Shown here: positions 40,435-54,867 of the stretch, one piece after another | How the letters are laid out: the number at the start of each line of letters is the position of its first letter | How positions within the stretch are numbered: the stretch's first letter is position 1 | Assembly (NCBI GenBank): GCA_965225945.1 | Contig: CBDDBZ010000028.1 | Span: forward strand, 32,001 to 96,000 | Reading direction: 5' to 3' | DNA length: 64,000 nt | From: Alphaproteobacteria bacterium | Lineage (GTDB): Bacteria; Pseudomonadota; Alphaproteobacteria; GCA-2731375 | Position numbers and translations under genes: made by a program | The notes under the pieces: model-generated | What the model was told of the DNA's origin: nothing | Seen by the model: the letters and a program-made list of their open reading frames with translations, nothing else | Databases searched by the model: none

Positions 40435-43335
40435 ATGCTCGCCACGGAGCGCGCAATGGTGGACGGCGACCTCGCCCGTCGCCTCGCCCGGGAGATCGAG
40501 GGCGAGGTGCACTTCGACGCCTTCGCCCGAGGCCGCTATGCCACCGACGCCTCGATCTACCAGATCGATCCCGTGGGTGTCGTCGTGCCCGCGCACGACC
40601 GCGACGTCGAGGTAGCGATGGCGCTGGCGCGCGAGGCCGGCGTCGCCATCCTGCCGCGCGGCGGCGGCACCTCGCAATGCGGCCAGACGGTGAACCGGGC
40701 CCTGGTGGTCGACCATTCCAAATACATGACCGAGTTGCTGTCGCTCGACGCCGAGGCGCGCACTGCCACCGTCCAGCCGGGGATCGTGCTCGACCAGTTG
40801 AACGACGCCTTGCGATCCCATGGCCTGTTCTTTCCCGTCGACGTCTCGACTTCCAGCCGGGCCACCATCGGCGGCATGACGGGCAACAACTCCAGCGGCG
40901 CCCGCTCCCTCCGTTACGGCAACATGGTCCATAACGTGCGCGCCATCGAGGCGATCCTGGCGTCGGGCGAGCGCTGTCGGTTCGGCCCCGTGCCGGGCGA
41001 TCTGGCCGCCCTCGACAACCGACCGGAATATCGCGATCTGGTCCAAGGTTTGCGCCAAATCGCGGCCGGCGTCGGGGACGAGATGGCGGCCCGCTGGCCC
41101 AAGCTGCTGCGCCGGGTCGGTGGCTACAACATCGACACGCTGAGCCAGGACGGCCACAACATGGCCCACCTGCTGGTGGGTTCGGAAGGCACGCTGGCCT
41201 TCTCCACAGCAATCGAATTGGCGCTGGCGCCGATCCCGCCCCACAAGACCCTGGGAGTCTGCCATTTTGCCAACTTCGGCCAGGCGATGGACGCCACCCG
41301 CCATATCGTCGAGCTGGGCCCGTCGGCGGTCGAACTGGTGGACCACACGATGATCGATCTCGCCCGCGACATCCCCGCCTTCCGCGCCACCGTCGACGGC
41401 TTCGTCCGGGGCGAGCCGGACTCGATCCTGCTGGTGGAGTTCGCCGGCGAGGACGCGGAGAGGCAGCATCGCGACCTCGCCCGGCTGGACGAGCTGATGG
41501 GCGATCTCGGCTTCCCGGGCGCCATGGTGGGGATCACCGATCCGGCCTTTCAAGCCGAGGTCTGGGAGGTGCGCAAGGCCGGCCTCAATATCATGATGTC
41601 AATGAAGGGGGACGGTAAGCCGGTCTCCTTCATCGAGGACTGCGCCGTGCCGCTGGAGGACCTGGCCGAATACACCGACCGGCTGACCCGGATCTTCGAG
41701 AAGCACGGCACCAAGGGTACCTGGTACGCCCATGCCTCGGTCGGCTGCCTGCACGTCCGCCCGGTGCTCAACATGAAGGATCCGGCCGACGTCAGCAAAA
41801 TGCGCGCGGTGGCGGAGGAGGCCTTCGCCATGGTGCGCGAGTACAAGGGCTCGCACTCGGGCGAACACGGCGACGGCATCACCCGCTCGGAATTTCACTT
41901 GGCGATGTTCGGCGCCGATATCGTCGGCGCCTTCGAGGCTGTGAAGGACCGCTTCGATTCGCACGGGCTGATGAACCCGGGCCGGATCACCCGCGCGCCC
42001 CGGATGGACGACCGATCGCTGTTCCGCTACCACCCGGGCTACCGGGCCGATGGAATCGCGGCCGCGCTCGACTGGTCCGCCTGGGGCGGCTTCGCCGGCG
42101 CGGTGGAGATGTGCAACAACAACGGCGCCTGCCGCAAGCTCGACCTGGGCGGCGTCATGTGCCCCTCTTATAGGGTGACGCGGAACGAGCGGGACCTGAC
42201 CCGGGGCCGCGCCAACACGCTGCGCCTGGCGATTTCCGGCCAGCTCGGGCCCGACGCGCTTCGCTCCGACGAGATGGCGGAGACCATGGCGCTCTGCGTC
42301 GGCTGCAAGGCCTGCAAGCGGGAATGCCCGACCGGCGTCGACATGGCGCGGATGAAGATCGAATACCTGCACCAGCGCCAGCGGCGCCATTCGCTCCGCC
42401 CCCGCGATCGACTGGTGGCGGCGCTGCCGCGCCATGCGCCGCTCATGGCCCGCTTGGCGCCGCTGCTCAATCTCCGCAACCGGATCCCGGCACTGGCGCG
42501 GTTGGGCGAACGGCTGCTCGGCCTCTCGGCCCGGCGCAGCCTGCCTCTCTGGCGGCGCGATTTCTTCCGAGACGAGGGTCGGGCGAGGCCGGAGACGACC
42601 GACGTCCTGCTCCTCGTCGATACCTTCAACCGTTATTTCGCGCCGGAGATCGTCCATGGGGCGCGCCGGGTGCTGGCCCAGGGCGGCCGGCGGGTCGGCA
42701 TTGCACGGGCGCCGGAGGGCGGCCGGCCGCTTTGTTGCGGGCGCACTCTTCTCGCGACCGGCCTGGTGGAGCAAGCCCGCGAGGAAGCCCGGCGCATGGT
42801 CGGAGCACTCCACCCCTTCGCCGAGGCGGGCGTCGCCATCGTCGGCTTGGAGCCGTCCTGCCTGCTGAGCTTGCGCGACGAATACGCCGTGCTGCTGACG
42901 GGCCCGGAGACCGAGGCGGTGGCCGGCCAGGCCCTGCTGTTCGAGGAATACCTCGCGCGCGCGGCGAAACGCGGCGAGGCTCCCGGGCTCCGGCCGATCG
43001 CGGCCAAGCACGCCCTGCTGCATGGCCACTGCCATCAGAAGGCCTTTGGCGCGTTTGCGGCGGTGCAAGCGGCCCTGCGCCTGGTGCCGGAGCTGGAGGT
43101 CGAAGTCGTGGCGTCGAGTTGCTGCGGCATGGCCGGCGCCTTCGGCTATGAAGCGGAGCACTACGAGATCTCCCTGGCCATGGGCGAATTGAGCCTCTTG
43201 CCCAAGGTCCGCGCGGCCGCGCCGGACAGCCTGATCGTCGCCTCGGGCACGAGCTGCCGCCATCAGATCCTGGACGGCACCGGTCGCGAGGCGCTGCACG
43301 TCGCTACCGTGCTCGAGCGCGCGCTGGTGGATTAG
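40435..43335 (+). CDS. FAD-linked oxidase with fused 4Fe-4S/CCG domains (GlcD/GlcF-like 2-hydroxyacid dehydrogenase)
   Basis: YATDASIYQ, PRGGGTSQCGQ, GSEGTL, HSGEHGDG, CNNNGAC, CVGCKACKRECP, HGHCHQK, CCGMAGAFG. Confidence 0.92.
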   Translation: MLATERAMVDGDLARRLAREIEGEVHFDAFARGRYATDASIYQIDPVGVVVPAHDRDVEVAMALAREAGVAILPRGGGTSQCGQTVNRALVVDHSKYMTELLSLDAEARTATVQPGIVLDQLNDALRSHGLFFPVDVSTSSRATIGGMTGNNSSGARSLRYGNMVHNVRAIEAILASGERCRFGPVPGDLAALDNRPEYRDLVQGLRQIAAGVGDEMAARWPKLLRRVGGYNIDTLSQDGHNMAHLLVGSEGTLAFSTAIELALAPIPPHKTLGVCHFANFGQAMDATRHIVELGPSAVELVDHTMIDLARDIPAFRATVDGFVRGEPDSILLVEFAGEDAERQHRDLARLDELMGDLGFPGAMVGITDPAFQAEVWEVRKAGLNIMMSMKGDGKPVSFIEDCAVPLEDLAEYTDRLTRIFEKHGTKGTWYAHASVGCLHVRPVLNMKDPADVSKMRAVAEEAFAMVREYKGSHSGEHGDGITRSEFHLAMFGADIVGAFEAVKDRFDSHGLMNPGRITRAPRMDDRSLFRYHPGYRADGIAAALDWSAWGGFAGAVEMCNNNGACRKLDLGGVMCPSYRVTRNERDLTRGRANTLRLAISGQLGPDALRSDEMAETMALCVGCKACKRECPTGVDMARMKIEYLHQRQRRHSLRPRDRLVAALPRHAPLMARLAPLLNLRNRIPALARLGERLLGLSARRSLPLWRRDFFRDEGRARPETTDVLLLVDTFNRYFAPEIVHGARRVLAQGGRRVGIARAPEGGRPLCCGRTLLATGLVEQAREEARRMVGALHPFAEAGVAIVGLEPSCLLSLRDEYAVLLTGPETEAVAGQALLFEEYLARAAKRGEAPGLRPIAAKHALLHGHCHQKAFGAFAAVQAALRLVPELEVEVVASSCCGMAGAFGYEAEHYEISLAMGELSLLPKVRAAAPDSLIVASGTSCRHQILDGTGREALHVATVLERALVD

Positions 43336-43351
43336 AGGGGCGGGTCGAGAG

Positions 43352-44572
43352 ATGGGGCCGAGCGACGGGCCGGATATCGAGAGCTTCGACCTGCTCGATC
43401 CACCGGCCGATTTCATCGCCGATCCCTATACCTATTTCGCCGTGCTGCGGGAGCGGAGCCCGGTGCACCGGCTCTCCGACGCCAGCTTCATGGTGACCCG
43501 CTGGGACGACATGGCCAGGGTCTACCGGGACACCGAGGTCTGGAGCTCGGACAAGAAAATCGACTTCAAGCCGAAATTTGGCAATTCCCCCCTCTACGAA
43601 CACCACACCACCAGTCTGGTGTTCCGCGATCCGCCCGATCACACGCGGATCCGCAAGCTCTTCCAGGCGGCCTTCACCCGAAGAGCGCTCGCCGCGCTGG
43701 AGCCCCGCATCCACGCCCTCGTCGAGGGCTATCTGGACCGGCTGGCGGACGCGGGCGAGCTGGAAATGGTGGGCGCCTTCACCTTCAAGCTGCCGGTCGA
43801 GGTGATCTGCGACATGCTGGGCGTGCCGAGCGAGGATCGCCTGCTGATCCGCGATTGGGCGAGTGCGATCCTGGGCGCGCTGGAGCCGGTGACGGGGGCG
43901 GAAAGACGCGAGAGCGGCAACCGGGCGGTCGAGGATTTCAAGGCCTATCTCCGCGAGCTGGTGCGCCGGCGCCGGGCCAAGCTCACCGACGGCCGCTCGG
44001 GCGAGGTGTTGAGCGCGCTTATCGAGGCGGAGGAGGACGGCGAGCGGCTGAGCGAGCTCGAGCTGCTGCACCAGTGCATCTTTCTCCTCAACGCCGGGCA
44101 CGAGACCTCGACCAACATGCTCAGCCATGGCGTCCACGAAATGCTGCGCCGCCCGGGAGAGATCGCCCGCCTCAAAGCCGAGCCGGCGCTGATCCACTCC
44201 CTCGTCGAGGAGGTGCTGCGCTATCAGCCGCCGATCCAGATCAACAACCGGCGGGCCACCGTCGCGACCGAACTCTCGGGCATGGCGCTGCCGGCCGGCA
44301 CTATCATCCATCTGATGCTGGGCGGCGCCAACCGCGATCCGGCGCAATTTCCGGCGCCCGACGGTTTCGACATCGCGCGCCGGCCGAACCGCCATCTCTC
44401 CTTCGGCCTGGGCGTCCACGTCTGCGCCGGCAACGCGTTGGCGCGGATGGAGGGCGTGATCGCCTTCTCCAAGCTCTTCCAGAGGTTTCCGAACGCCCAT
44501 CTCGCCGGCGACGTGACGCTTTCGCCCCGGCTCCGCTTCCGCCAGATCACCCGCCTGCCGGTGGCGATCTGA
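43352..44572 (+). CDS. Cytochrome P450
   Basis: [16 protein letters not shown] (I-helix), EEVLR (ExxR), [10 protein letters not shown] (heme Cys). Confidence 0.96.
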   Translation: MGPSDGPDIESFDLLDPPADFIADPYTYFAVLRERSPVHRLSDASFMVTRWDDMARVYRDTEVWSSDKKIDFKPKFGNSPLYEHHTTSLVFRDPPDHTRIRKLFQAAFTRRALAALEPRIHALVEGYLDRLADAGELEMVGAFTFKLPVEVICDMLGVPSEDRLLIRDWASAILGALEPVTGAERRESGNRAVEDFKAYLRELVRRRRAKLTDGRSGEVLSALIEAEEDGERLSELELLHQCIFLLNAGHETSTNMLSHGVHEMLRRPGEIARLKAEPALIHSLVEEVLRYQPPIQINNRRATVATELSGMALPAGTIIHLMLGGANRDPAQFPAPDGFDIARRPNRHLSFGLGVHVCAGNALARMEGVIAFSKLFQRFPNAHLAGDVTLSPRLRFRQITRLPVAI

Positions 44573-44595
44573 GCGCCGCCCACGTCTTCGCCTCC

Positions 44596-44682
44596 TGGAT
44601 AAAGGGACACAATACTTATCCTTGAGAGGATAAGTATTGTGTCCCTTTATCCATCTATTCTTTATCCATCTATTCTTTATCC
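44596..44682. repeat. REP-like palindrome (27-bp arms) plus TTTATCCATCTATTC tandem tail
   Basis: 44596-44622 TGGATAAAGGGACACAATACTTATCCT / TGAG / 44627-44653 reverse complement; same core as 14142-14199. Confidence 0.85.
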
Positions 44683-47156
44683 CTTGCCTATCCGGTTATC
44701 ACCCACACCCACTATATGTAGTGTGTCTCCTTGGACTGCAGGCAAGGGCCGGCGCAGGCGCATTGAGGAGGCGATCCGGCTAATTCTTGATTGTTCTGAA
44801 AACCGAACCGGAGTTTAATTCACGTCACGTACTTAACATCGGGGGACGGAACGGTGGCGACCAAGGGAAAAACGAAGAAACCCACGGCCAGACGGGAAGC
44901 TGCTGATGAAACGACATCGTCTGAGCGATTGACGGCACTAGTCGAAGAAAGCGACGCGCTGGCACGAATCGTTGCGAAGAACCCGTCCGCGCCTGTTAGT
45001 CTCCTGCGCGTTTTGAGTCGCAGCGAAGACGAAGCGACACGCAAGAACGTGATCCTCAATCCGTTTACTTCATATGACGTATTGAGCGAACTTGAAAACC
45101 AGTTCACAGAGCTATTTGTGAATAATCCGGCACTCGAATCCTACAATTCAATGAAGCTCTGATTTCCTGGAATATTCCATCGGTGTCGTTCACCTCCGAT
45201 TTCAGATAAATTTCAATGAAGTGACGGTCCTTTATGCAACGTGGCGTTTTGCCAAATCCGACTCAATGATTAGGATTTCCACCACGCTAAAGTGTCGCCT
45301 AAAAGGCGCTACAATGCCGTCCGAGTCCCTGCTCGGCATCGCCGGAGATATCTCCGCTTCGACCTGCACCGAGCTTTACTCAGGAAAATCCGGTGCACAC
45401 TACATATAGCCTGCGCCGTGTGGGACGATGATCCTCAACCGGATAGGCAGTTCACCTTTATCCATCTATTCAATGAAGCCTTTATCCATCTATTCCCTTT
45501 ATCCATCTATTCTTGACGGTCCTTTATGCAATCGTTTTGCCAAATCCTATGCATTAGGTTCCAGAGTGCCTGCTAACGTCATGCAGGTACTCAGGAAAAT
45601 TCTTTATGGATCGGATAACCATTCTTTATCCATCTATTCTTTGGCTTTATCCCTTGCCTATCCGGTTATCACCCACACCCACTATATGTAGTGTGTCTCC
45701 TTGGACTGCAGGCAAGGGCCGGCGCAGGCGCATTGAGGAGGCGATCCGGCTAATTCTTGATTGTTCTGAAAACCGAACCGGAGTTTAATTCACGTCACGT
45801 ACTTAACATCGGGGGACGGAACGGTGCGGCAGGACCCAACGGGCTGAGCGAAGTACGCCGCTGTCGGGCTTGCACCACAAGGAACGCTGGCTGTCGTTCG
45901 GGGCATCGCTGAGCGATTGGGGGAGACTAGTCGAAGAAAGCGACGCAGGGCTGGCACGATCGTTGCGTGAGCACGGCGTTCCGCTGGCTGTTACCGGTCT
46001 GGCGGCGGCGCGGAGCGATTCGGAGGTGCGCAGCGGGATCGTGGAAGCGACACGCAAGACCTACGTCCTGGAGAGCCTCAATCGCGTTTACTGGGGCGCA
46101 TATGCACGGTATTGGGCGGAACTTGAAGAAGCCAGTCTCACAGAGCTATTTGTGAATAATGGCGGCACTCGAATCCTACGAATTCAATGAAGCGGTCTGC
46201 CCATTTCCTGCGAATATTCTCATCGGTGTCGTTCGACTCCGGTGGTCAGATAGGACGCCCTTTCAATGAAGTGACGGTCGCGAGCTATGCAACGTGCGCC
46301 GCCGCGCTCGGGGTTGCCAAATCCGACTCAATGATTAGGATTTCCACCACTGCTAAAGTGTCGCGGTAAAAGGCGCTACAATGCCGTCCGAAGTCCCTGC
46401 TCGGCATCGCCGCGAGATCGCCATCTCCGCTTCTGGACCTGCACCGAGCTTTACCTCAGGAAAATCGGGTGCCCACACTACATATAGTGGGTGTCGCCGG
46501 TGATAACCGGATAGGCAAGCTTTATCCATGAGCCGTTTTCGGCCGTTCGTCTCGACACAAAAAACGCACTAAATCAATGACTTAGATTTTCCATACCAGA
46601 CCCACACCCGACGGGAAGCTGCTGATGAAACGACATCGTCTGAGCGATTGACGGCACTAGTCGAAGAAAGCGACGCGCTGGCACGAATCGTTGCGAAGAA
46701 CCCGTCCGCGCCTGTTAGTCTCCTGCGCGTTTTGAGTCGCAGCGAAGACGAAGCGACACGCAAGAACGTGATCCTCAATCCGTTTACTTCATATGGCGTA
46801 TTGAGCGAACTTGAAAACCAGTTCACAGAGCTATTTGTGAATAATCCGGCACTCGAATCCTACAATTCAATGAAGCTCTGATTTCCTGGAATATTCCATC
46901 GGTGTCGTTCACCTCCGATTTCAGATAAATTTCAATGAAGTGACGGTCCTTTATGCAACGTGGCGTTTTGCCAAATCCGACTCAATGATTAGGATTTCCA
47001 CCACGCTAAAGTGTCGCCTAAAAGGCGCTACAATGCCGTCCGAGTCCCTGCTCGGCATCGCCGGAGATATCTCCGCTTCGACCTGCACCGAGCTTTACTC
47101 AGGAAAATGGGTGCACACTACATATAGTGGGTGTGGGTGATAACCGGATAGGCAAG
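44683..47156. mobile_element. Transposase-less TIR cassette (about 750-bp unit) in about 3 tandem, partly scrambled copies
   Basis: Perfect 43-bp TIR CTTGCCTATCCGGTTATCACCCACACCCACTATATGTAGTGTG at 44683-44725 (again at about 45653), inverted at 47114-47156; 8-bp TSD CTTTATCC at 44675-44682 and 47157-47164; visibly lower GC than the flanks. Confidence 0.75.
44854..45162 (+). CDS. Short protein with LRV/HEAT-like repeats (cassette passenger)
   Basis: ARIVAKNPSAPVSLLRVLS.SED..TRKNVILNPFTSYDVL..L..QF.E....NPAL resembles leucine-rich-variant repeats; partial second copy at 46648-46881. Confidence 0.5.
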   Translation: MATKGKTKKPTARREAADETTSSERLTALVEESDALARIVAKNPSAPVSLLRVLSRSEDEATRKNVILNPFTSYDVLSELENQFTELFVNNPALESYNSMKL

Positions 47157-47247
47157 CTTTATCCATCTATTCCCTTTATCCATCTTTATTGTGTCCCTTT
47201 ATCCTATCTTTATCCATTCCCTTTGCCCAGCCGCGCGGGGCGAGCCG

Positions 47248-49478
<2,231 letters not shown>

Positions 49479-49509
49479 GGCGCTAGCCGTCGGCTCTGGA
49501 CGTGAGCAG

Positions 49510-51009
<1,500 letters not shown>

Positions 51010-51222
51010 TGCCCCTCGCCGTTAAATTCCGTCGGCCGCGCCGCCTTCGCGCAGGTCAAGAAAACACGGATTCCGGGGCCTCGCAAGCCACACGGGCCGA
51101 GGAGATGCGGCATTCCATCGAGGCATTCCATCGAGGCTTGCCCGAAGTCGGCTTCCTGCTAGGATGCGCCGCGCCGAGCGTGCCATCACACGCCCGAAAC
51201 TTGGCCGCCGCCCGTGCCCTCG

Positions 51223-52011
51223 ATGTTCCGCCGTCTCGCCTCGCCCGAACGTCTCGCCGTTTCCAGCCTGCTCATCGGCCTGGTCGGCGTGCCGGTGATC
51301 ATGGCGACGCGTTTCATCTTCGCCGCGAACTATCCCGAATATATCTCTCGACGCGTGCCGACGATCTCGAAGTTCAGCGCCTACGAGCCCGCGAGCTATC
51401 TGTTCACGCCGGGCATGACCTTCGTCGCGCTGTGCGGCATCGTCGCCTGGTGGCTGGTCTGGCGGATGAGTGGGGAGCGGATTGCCACGCTGGACCCGGC
51501 GCATCCCTCGCGCGTGCGCTACCTGCGAATGAACCACGCGGCCGCGGCCTTCGGTGTCCTTGCCTGCCTCAATCTGGCGCTGCTGGCGATCGTGACGCTC
51601 CGCGTCAATAACGACGCGCATATGGTCTTCTCGATCATCTTCTTCCCCAGCCAGGTCATCGCCTTCGTCTTTGACGGTCTATTGGCGGTCTCGCTGGCGC
51701 GGCTGATCTGGGTGAGTGATGCGGGCAGGCGTCGGCCCATCGCTATCAAGCCGGTCCTTGCCGCGATCATCGTCGTCGGCGCGGCTTTCTATCTTTTCAT
51801 GTTTCTGAACAAGGGCACCGACATCTTCGGCGACCGCCGCTTGCGTCAGTATTTTTACGTCTATACCGAGTACGCCCTGGCAACGATGCTATTGACCTAT
51901 CCGGCCTTCTATTATGGCCAACTGCGGCGCCACTTCGGTGCCAAGCCGGCGCCGGCCGCTAGCCCTTCTGGCGATGCAGCAGGCGGAGGCGGAGTGCGTT
52001 CAGGCGGATGA
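51223..52011 (+). CDS. Multi-pass membrane protein, Frag1/DRAM/Sfk1-like
   Basis: About 6 TM helices; PTIS.....PASYLF motif after TM1; His in NDAHMVF; late EY motif. Confidence 0.55.
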   Translation: MFRRLASPERLAVSSLLIGLVGVPVIMATRFIFAANYPEYISRRVPTISKFSAYEPASYLFTPGMTFVALCGIVAWWLVWRMSGERIATLDPAHPSRVRYLRMNHAAAAFGVLACLNLALLAIVTLRVNNDAHMVFSIIFFPSQVIAFVFDGLLAVSLARLIWVSDAGRRRPIAIKPVLAAIIVVGAAFYLFMFLNKGTDIFGDRRLRQYFYVYTEYALATMLLTYPAFYYGQLRRHFGAKPAPAASPSGDAAGGGGVRSGG

Positions 52012-53167
52012 AGCCCTGGGCGTCGCGCTGGTCGTAGACGCTGTCCGCCTCGAAGGTGACGTGCTCCAGGCTGTAGAGGCTCTTGGGCGAGGAACGCCCG
52101 ACCACGGCGACGGAGCCCTTGTAAAGCTTGAGCCGAACCCGGCCGGTGACGTGTTCCTGGCTCAGGTCGATCGCCGCCTGAAGCATATTCCGCTCCGGCG
52201 AGAACCAAAAACCGTTGTAGATCAGCTCCGCGTAGCGCGGCATCAATTCGTCCTTCAGGTGCATGGCGCCCCGGTCGAGGGTGATGCTCTCGATCCCCCG
52301 ATGCGCGGCGAGCAACACCGTGCCGCCCGGGGTCTCGTAGATGCCGCGCGACTTCATGCCGACGAACCGTCCCTCCACCAGGTCCAGCCGGCCGACCGCG
52401 TTGGCCGCGGCGATCTCGTTGAGCCGCGTCAACAGCGCCGCCGGCGACAACGCCTCGCCGTCGAGGGCTACGGGATCGCCGGAAACGAAGTCGATCTCGA
52501 CGTAGGTCGGCTCGTCCGGCGCATCCTCCGGGCGGACGGTGCGGGAATAGACGAACTCTCCCGCCTCCTCCCAGGGGTCCTCCAATGCCTTCCCCTCGGC
52601 CGAGATGTGCAGCAGGTTGGCATCGAGCGAGAACGGCGCCTCGCCGCGCTTATCCGTGGCGATCGGAATCTGGTTTTGTTCGGCGAACTCGATCAGCCGG
52701 GCGCGGCCGGTCAGGTCCCATTCCCGCCACGGCGCGATCACCTGGATGTCGGGATTGAGCGCGTAGTAGGACAATTCGAAGCGCACCTGGTCGTTACCCT
52801 TGCCGGTGGCGCCATGGGCCACGGCGTCGGCGCCGACGGCGGCGGCGATCTCGATCTGCCGCTTGGCGATCAGCGGCCGGGCGATCGAGGTGCCGAGCAG
52901 ATAGCAGCCCTCGTAGAGGGCATTGGCGCGAAACATGGGGAAGACGAAGTCGCGGACGAACTCCTCCCTGAGATCCTCGACGAAGATCTCGCCCACGCCC
53001 AGCATCTCGGCCTTGGCGCGGGCCGGCTCCAACTCCTCGCCCTGCCCCAGATCGGCGGTGAAGGTCACCACCTCCGCGCCATAGGCGGTCTGTAGCCACT
53101 TCAGGATTACCGAGGTGTCCAGCCCGCCCGAATAGGCGAGCACGACCTTCTTGATTTCGCTGCCCAT
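51959..53167 (-). CDS. argG: Argininosuccinate synthase
   Basis: [49 protein letters not shown]. Confidence 0.98.
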   Translation of the reverse strand: MGSEIKKVVLAYSGGLDTSVILKWLQTAYGAEVVTFTADLGQGEELEPARAKAEMLGVGEIFVEDLREEFVRDFVFPMFRANALYEGCYLLGTSIARPLIAKRQIEIAAAVGADAVAHGATGKGNDQVRFELSYYALNPDIQVIAPWREWDLTGRARLIEFAEQNQIPIATDKRGEAPFSLDANLLHISAEGKALEDPWEEAGEFVYSRTVRPEDAPDEPTYVEIDFVSGDPVALDGEALSPAALLTRLNEIAAANAVGRLDLVEGRFVGMKSRGIYETPGGTVLLAAHRGIESITLDRGAMHLKDELMPRYAELIYNGFWFSPERNMLQAAIDLSQEHVTGRVRLKLYKGSVAVVGRSSPKSLYSLEHVTFEADSVYDQRDAQGFIRLNALRLRLLHRQKG

Positions 53168-53332
53168 CGTTTGCGCCCTCGTCTGCTGGCGATCGGGATT
53201 CGTCTCCCTGGCGGCGGCGCAGTATAGGGATCGCGATCCCTCGGGCAAGAGTGCGACCCATTCGGTTCCCCTCGCCGCTCGATGGTGGCAAGCTCCGCCC
53301 AGCAGAGGCCTGGGTCGAGTCACTCGAGCGGC

Positions 53333-53509
53333 ATGGAAGAGACGCGATTCTTCGACGAGATGGGGACGGCGGGTGGGCCCACGCGCGCGTCCTATGTCGA
53401 GTTCGCGGCTTGGCTCGAAGGGCAGAGCCCGCGCGAACTCAGGCGCAAGCAGCGTCAGGCCGACACCATCTTCCGCCGCCTCGGCATCACCTTCGCGGTC
53501 TACGGCGCG
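53333..53509 (+). pseudogene. 5' fragment of a circularly permuted type 2 ATP-grasp protein
   Basis: [10 protein letters not shown].....TRASY..FAAWL......[23 protein letters not shown], then an abrupt run into the antisense of the next gene with no stop of its own. Confidence 0.75.
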
Positions 53510-53518
53510 CCGCCGCCC

Positions 53519-54706
53519 TCAATCGCCGACCACGCCGGCCTCGCGCAGCGCCCGGATTTGGTCGGCGGCGTAGCCGATTTCGGCCAGCAGCTCGTCGGTG
53601 TGCTCGCCGAGTTGTGGGGCGCCTCGGCGAATCTCCGCCGGCGTGGCTTCGAATCGCGCGGCGTGACGCGCTTGTCTGAGGGTGCCGGCCAGCGGATGCT
53701 CGAACTCGACCAAGCTGCCGGCCGCCCTAACCTGGGGATGTTCGACCAGCTCGTTGCGGGTCAGCACCGGGGCACAGGGTACGCCTTCCGCTTCCAGTCG
53801 CGCCTGCCATTCGGCCGTGCTTCGAGTCCCGAGCACCTCCTGGGTCATGTTCAGCCGCTCGTCGACGTGCAGATCGCGATCGGCGGGGGTGGCGAAGCGC
53901 GCGTCGTCCAGCCATTCGGGCCGCTCCAGCGCCCGGGTGAGGCCATGCCACTGCGCGTCGGTCATCACCGCGATGCTCATATGGCCGTCGCTGGTCTGAT
54001 AGATCAGGTCGATAAAGCTCGCCGCCCGTTGCGCGTCGACGTCGCGCCCGACGAAAGTCTGTCCGCCCATGTCGGAGGACCAGAGGAACTGCAGCACCGA
54101 ATCGAGCATGGACAGGCGGACGTGCTGACCCTCCCCGCTGCGAGCGCGGGCCAGCAGGGCGGCGGTGATCGCCTGGCTCGAGGTGAGCGCCGTCACCTTG
54201 TCCGACACGATGGTGCGGATCAGGCGCGGGCGCCGATGGTCCGCTCCGCCCTGCACCGAGGCGAGACCCGAGGCCGCCTGCACGATCGGATCATAGGCCG
54301 GCTTCGCGGCGTAGGGCCCGTGCTCGCCGAAGCCGCTCATCGAGACGTAGATCAGCGAGGGTTTGGCTGCGCGGACCACCGCTTCGTGAATCCCGAGGCG
54401 CTCGACCACGCCCGGTCGGAAGTTCTGCACCACGACGTCGGCGCTTTCCGCCAGCCCGAGGAAGACCTCGCGGCCGGCCTCGGACTTCAAGTCGATGGTG
54501 ATCGAGCGCTTGTTGCGGTTGTTGTTGTGGAAGTTGGCGGAGAGGCCGCCCGCCCGATTGCCGTAGGCGCGGACGTGGTCGCCCAGGCCGGGAACCTCGA
54601 CCTTGACGACGTCGGCACCCTGATCGCCCAGCAGCATGGTCGCCATGGGTCCCGCGATCATCGTCGTCAGATCGATGATTCTGTAACCGTCGAGTGGTCC
54701 GGCCAT
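53519..54706 (-). CDS. Family III CoA-transferase (CaiB/BaiF)
   Basis: GPLDGYRIIDLT..IAGP.AT.LLGDQGADVVKVE, NRNKRSI.IDLK, QNFRPG, APQLGEHT. Confidence 0.92.
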   Translation of the reverse strand: MAGPLDGYRIIDLTTMIAGPMATMLLGDQGADVVKVEVPGLGDHVRAYGNRAGGLSANFHNNNRNKRSITIDLKSEAGREVFLGLAESADVVVQNFRPGVVERLGIHEAVVRAAKPSLIYVSMSGFGEHGPYAAKPAYDPIVQAASGLASVQGGADHRRPRLIRTIVSDKVTALTSSQAITAALLARARSGEGQHVRLSMLDSVLQFLWSSDMGGQTFVGRDVDAQRAASFIDLIYQTSDGHMSIAVMTDAQWHGLTRALERPEWLDDARFATPADRDLHVDERLNMTQEVLGTRSTAEWQARLEAEGVPCAPVLTRNELVEHPQVRAAGSLVEFEHPLAGTLRQARHAARFEATPAEIRRGAPQLGEHTDELLAEIGYAADQIRALREAGVVGD

Positions 54707-54867
54707 GGCGTGTACCTCCACCTGTCTTCGCCGTCGCGCCCGGCGCGCGAGACCACCGTGCGTCCCGCACGCGAGGCCACCGTGGTCGGAGATGTATTCA
54801 ATCCCGCTTTCCGCGTCCATGATCGAGATGAAACGCCGCCAGCGCGGTTGGCAAGGATTCGTTTCCC

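Noticed and set aside
39190-41553. N-terminally extended aminotransferase (787 aa) and oxidase (1189 aa)
   Set aside because: The extensions are the antisense of each other's genes; the real starts are at 40350 and 40435
45870-46369. Novel fusion proteins (45870-46190, 46187-46369)
   Set aside because: They derive from the IS1595/cassette mosaic, most likely a consensus artefact
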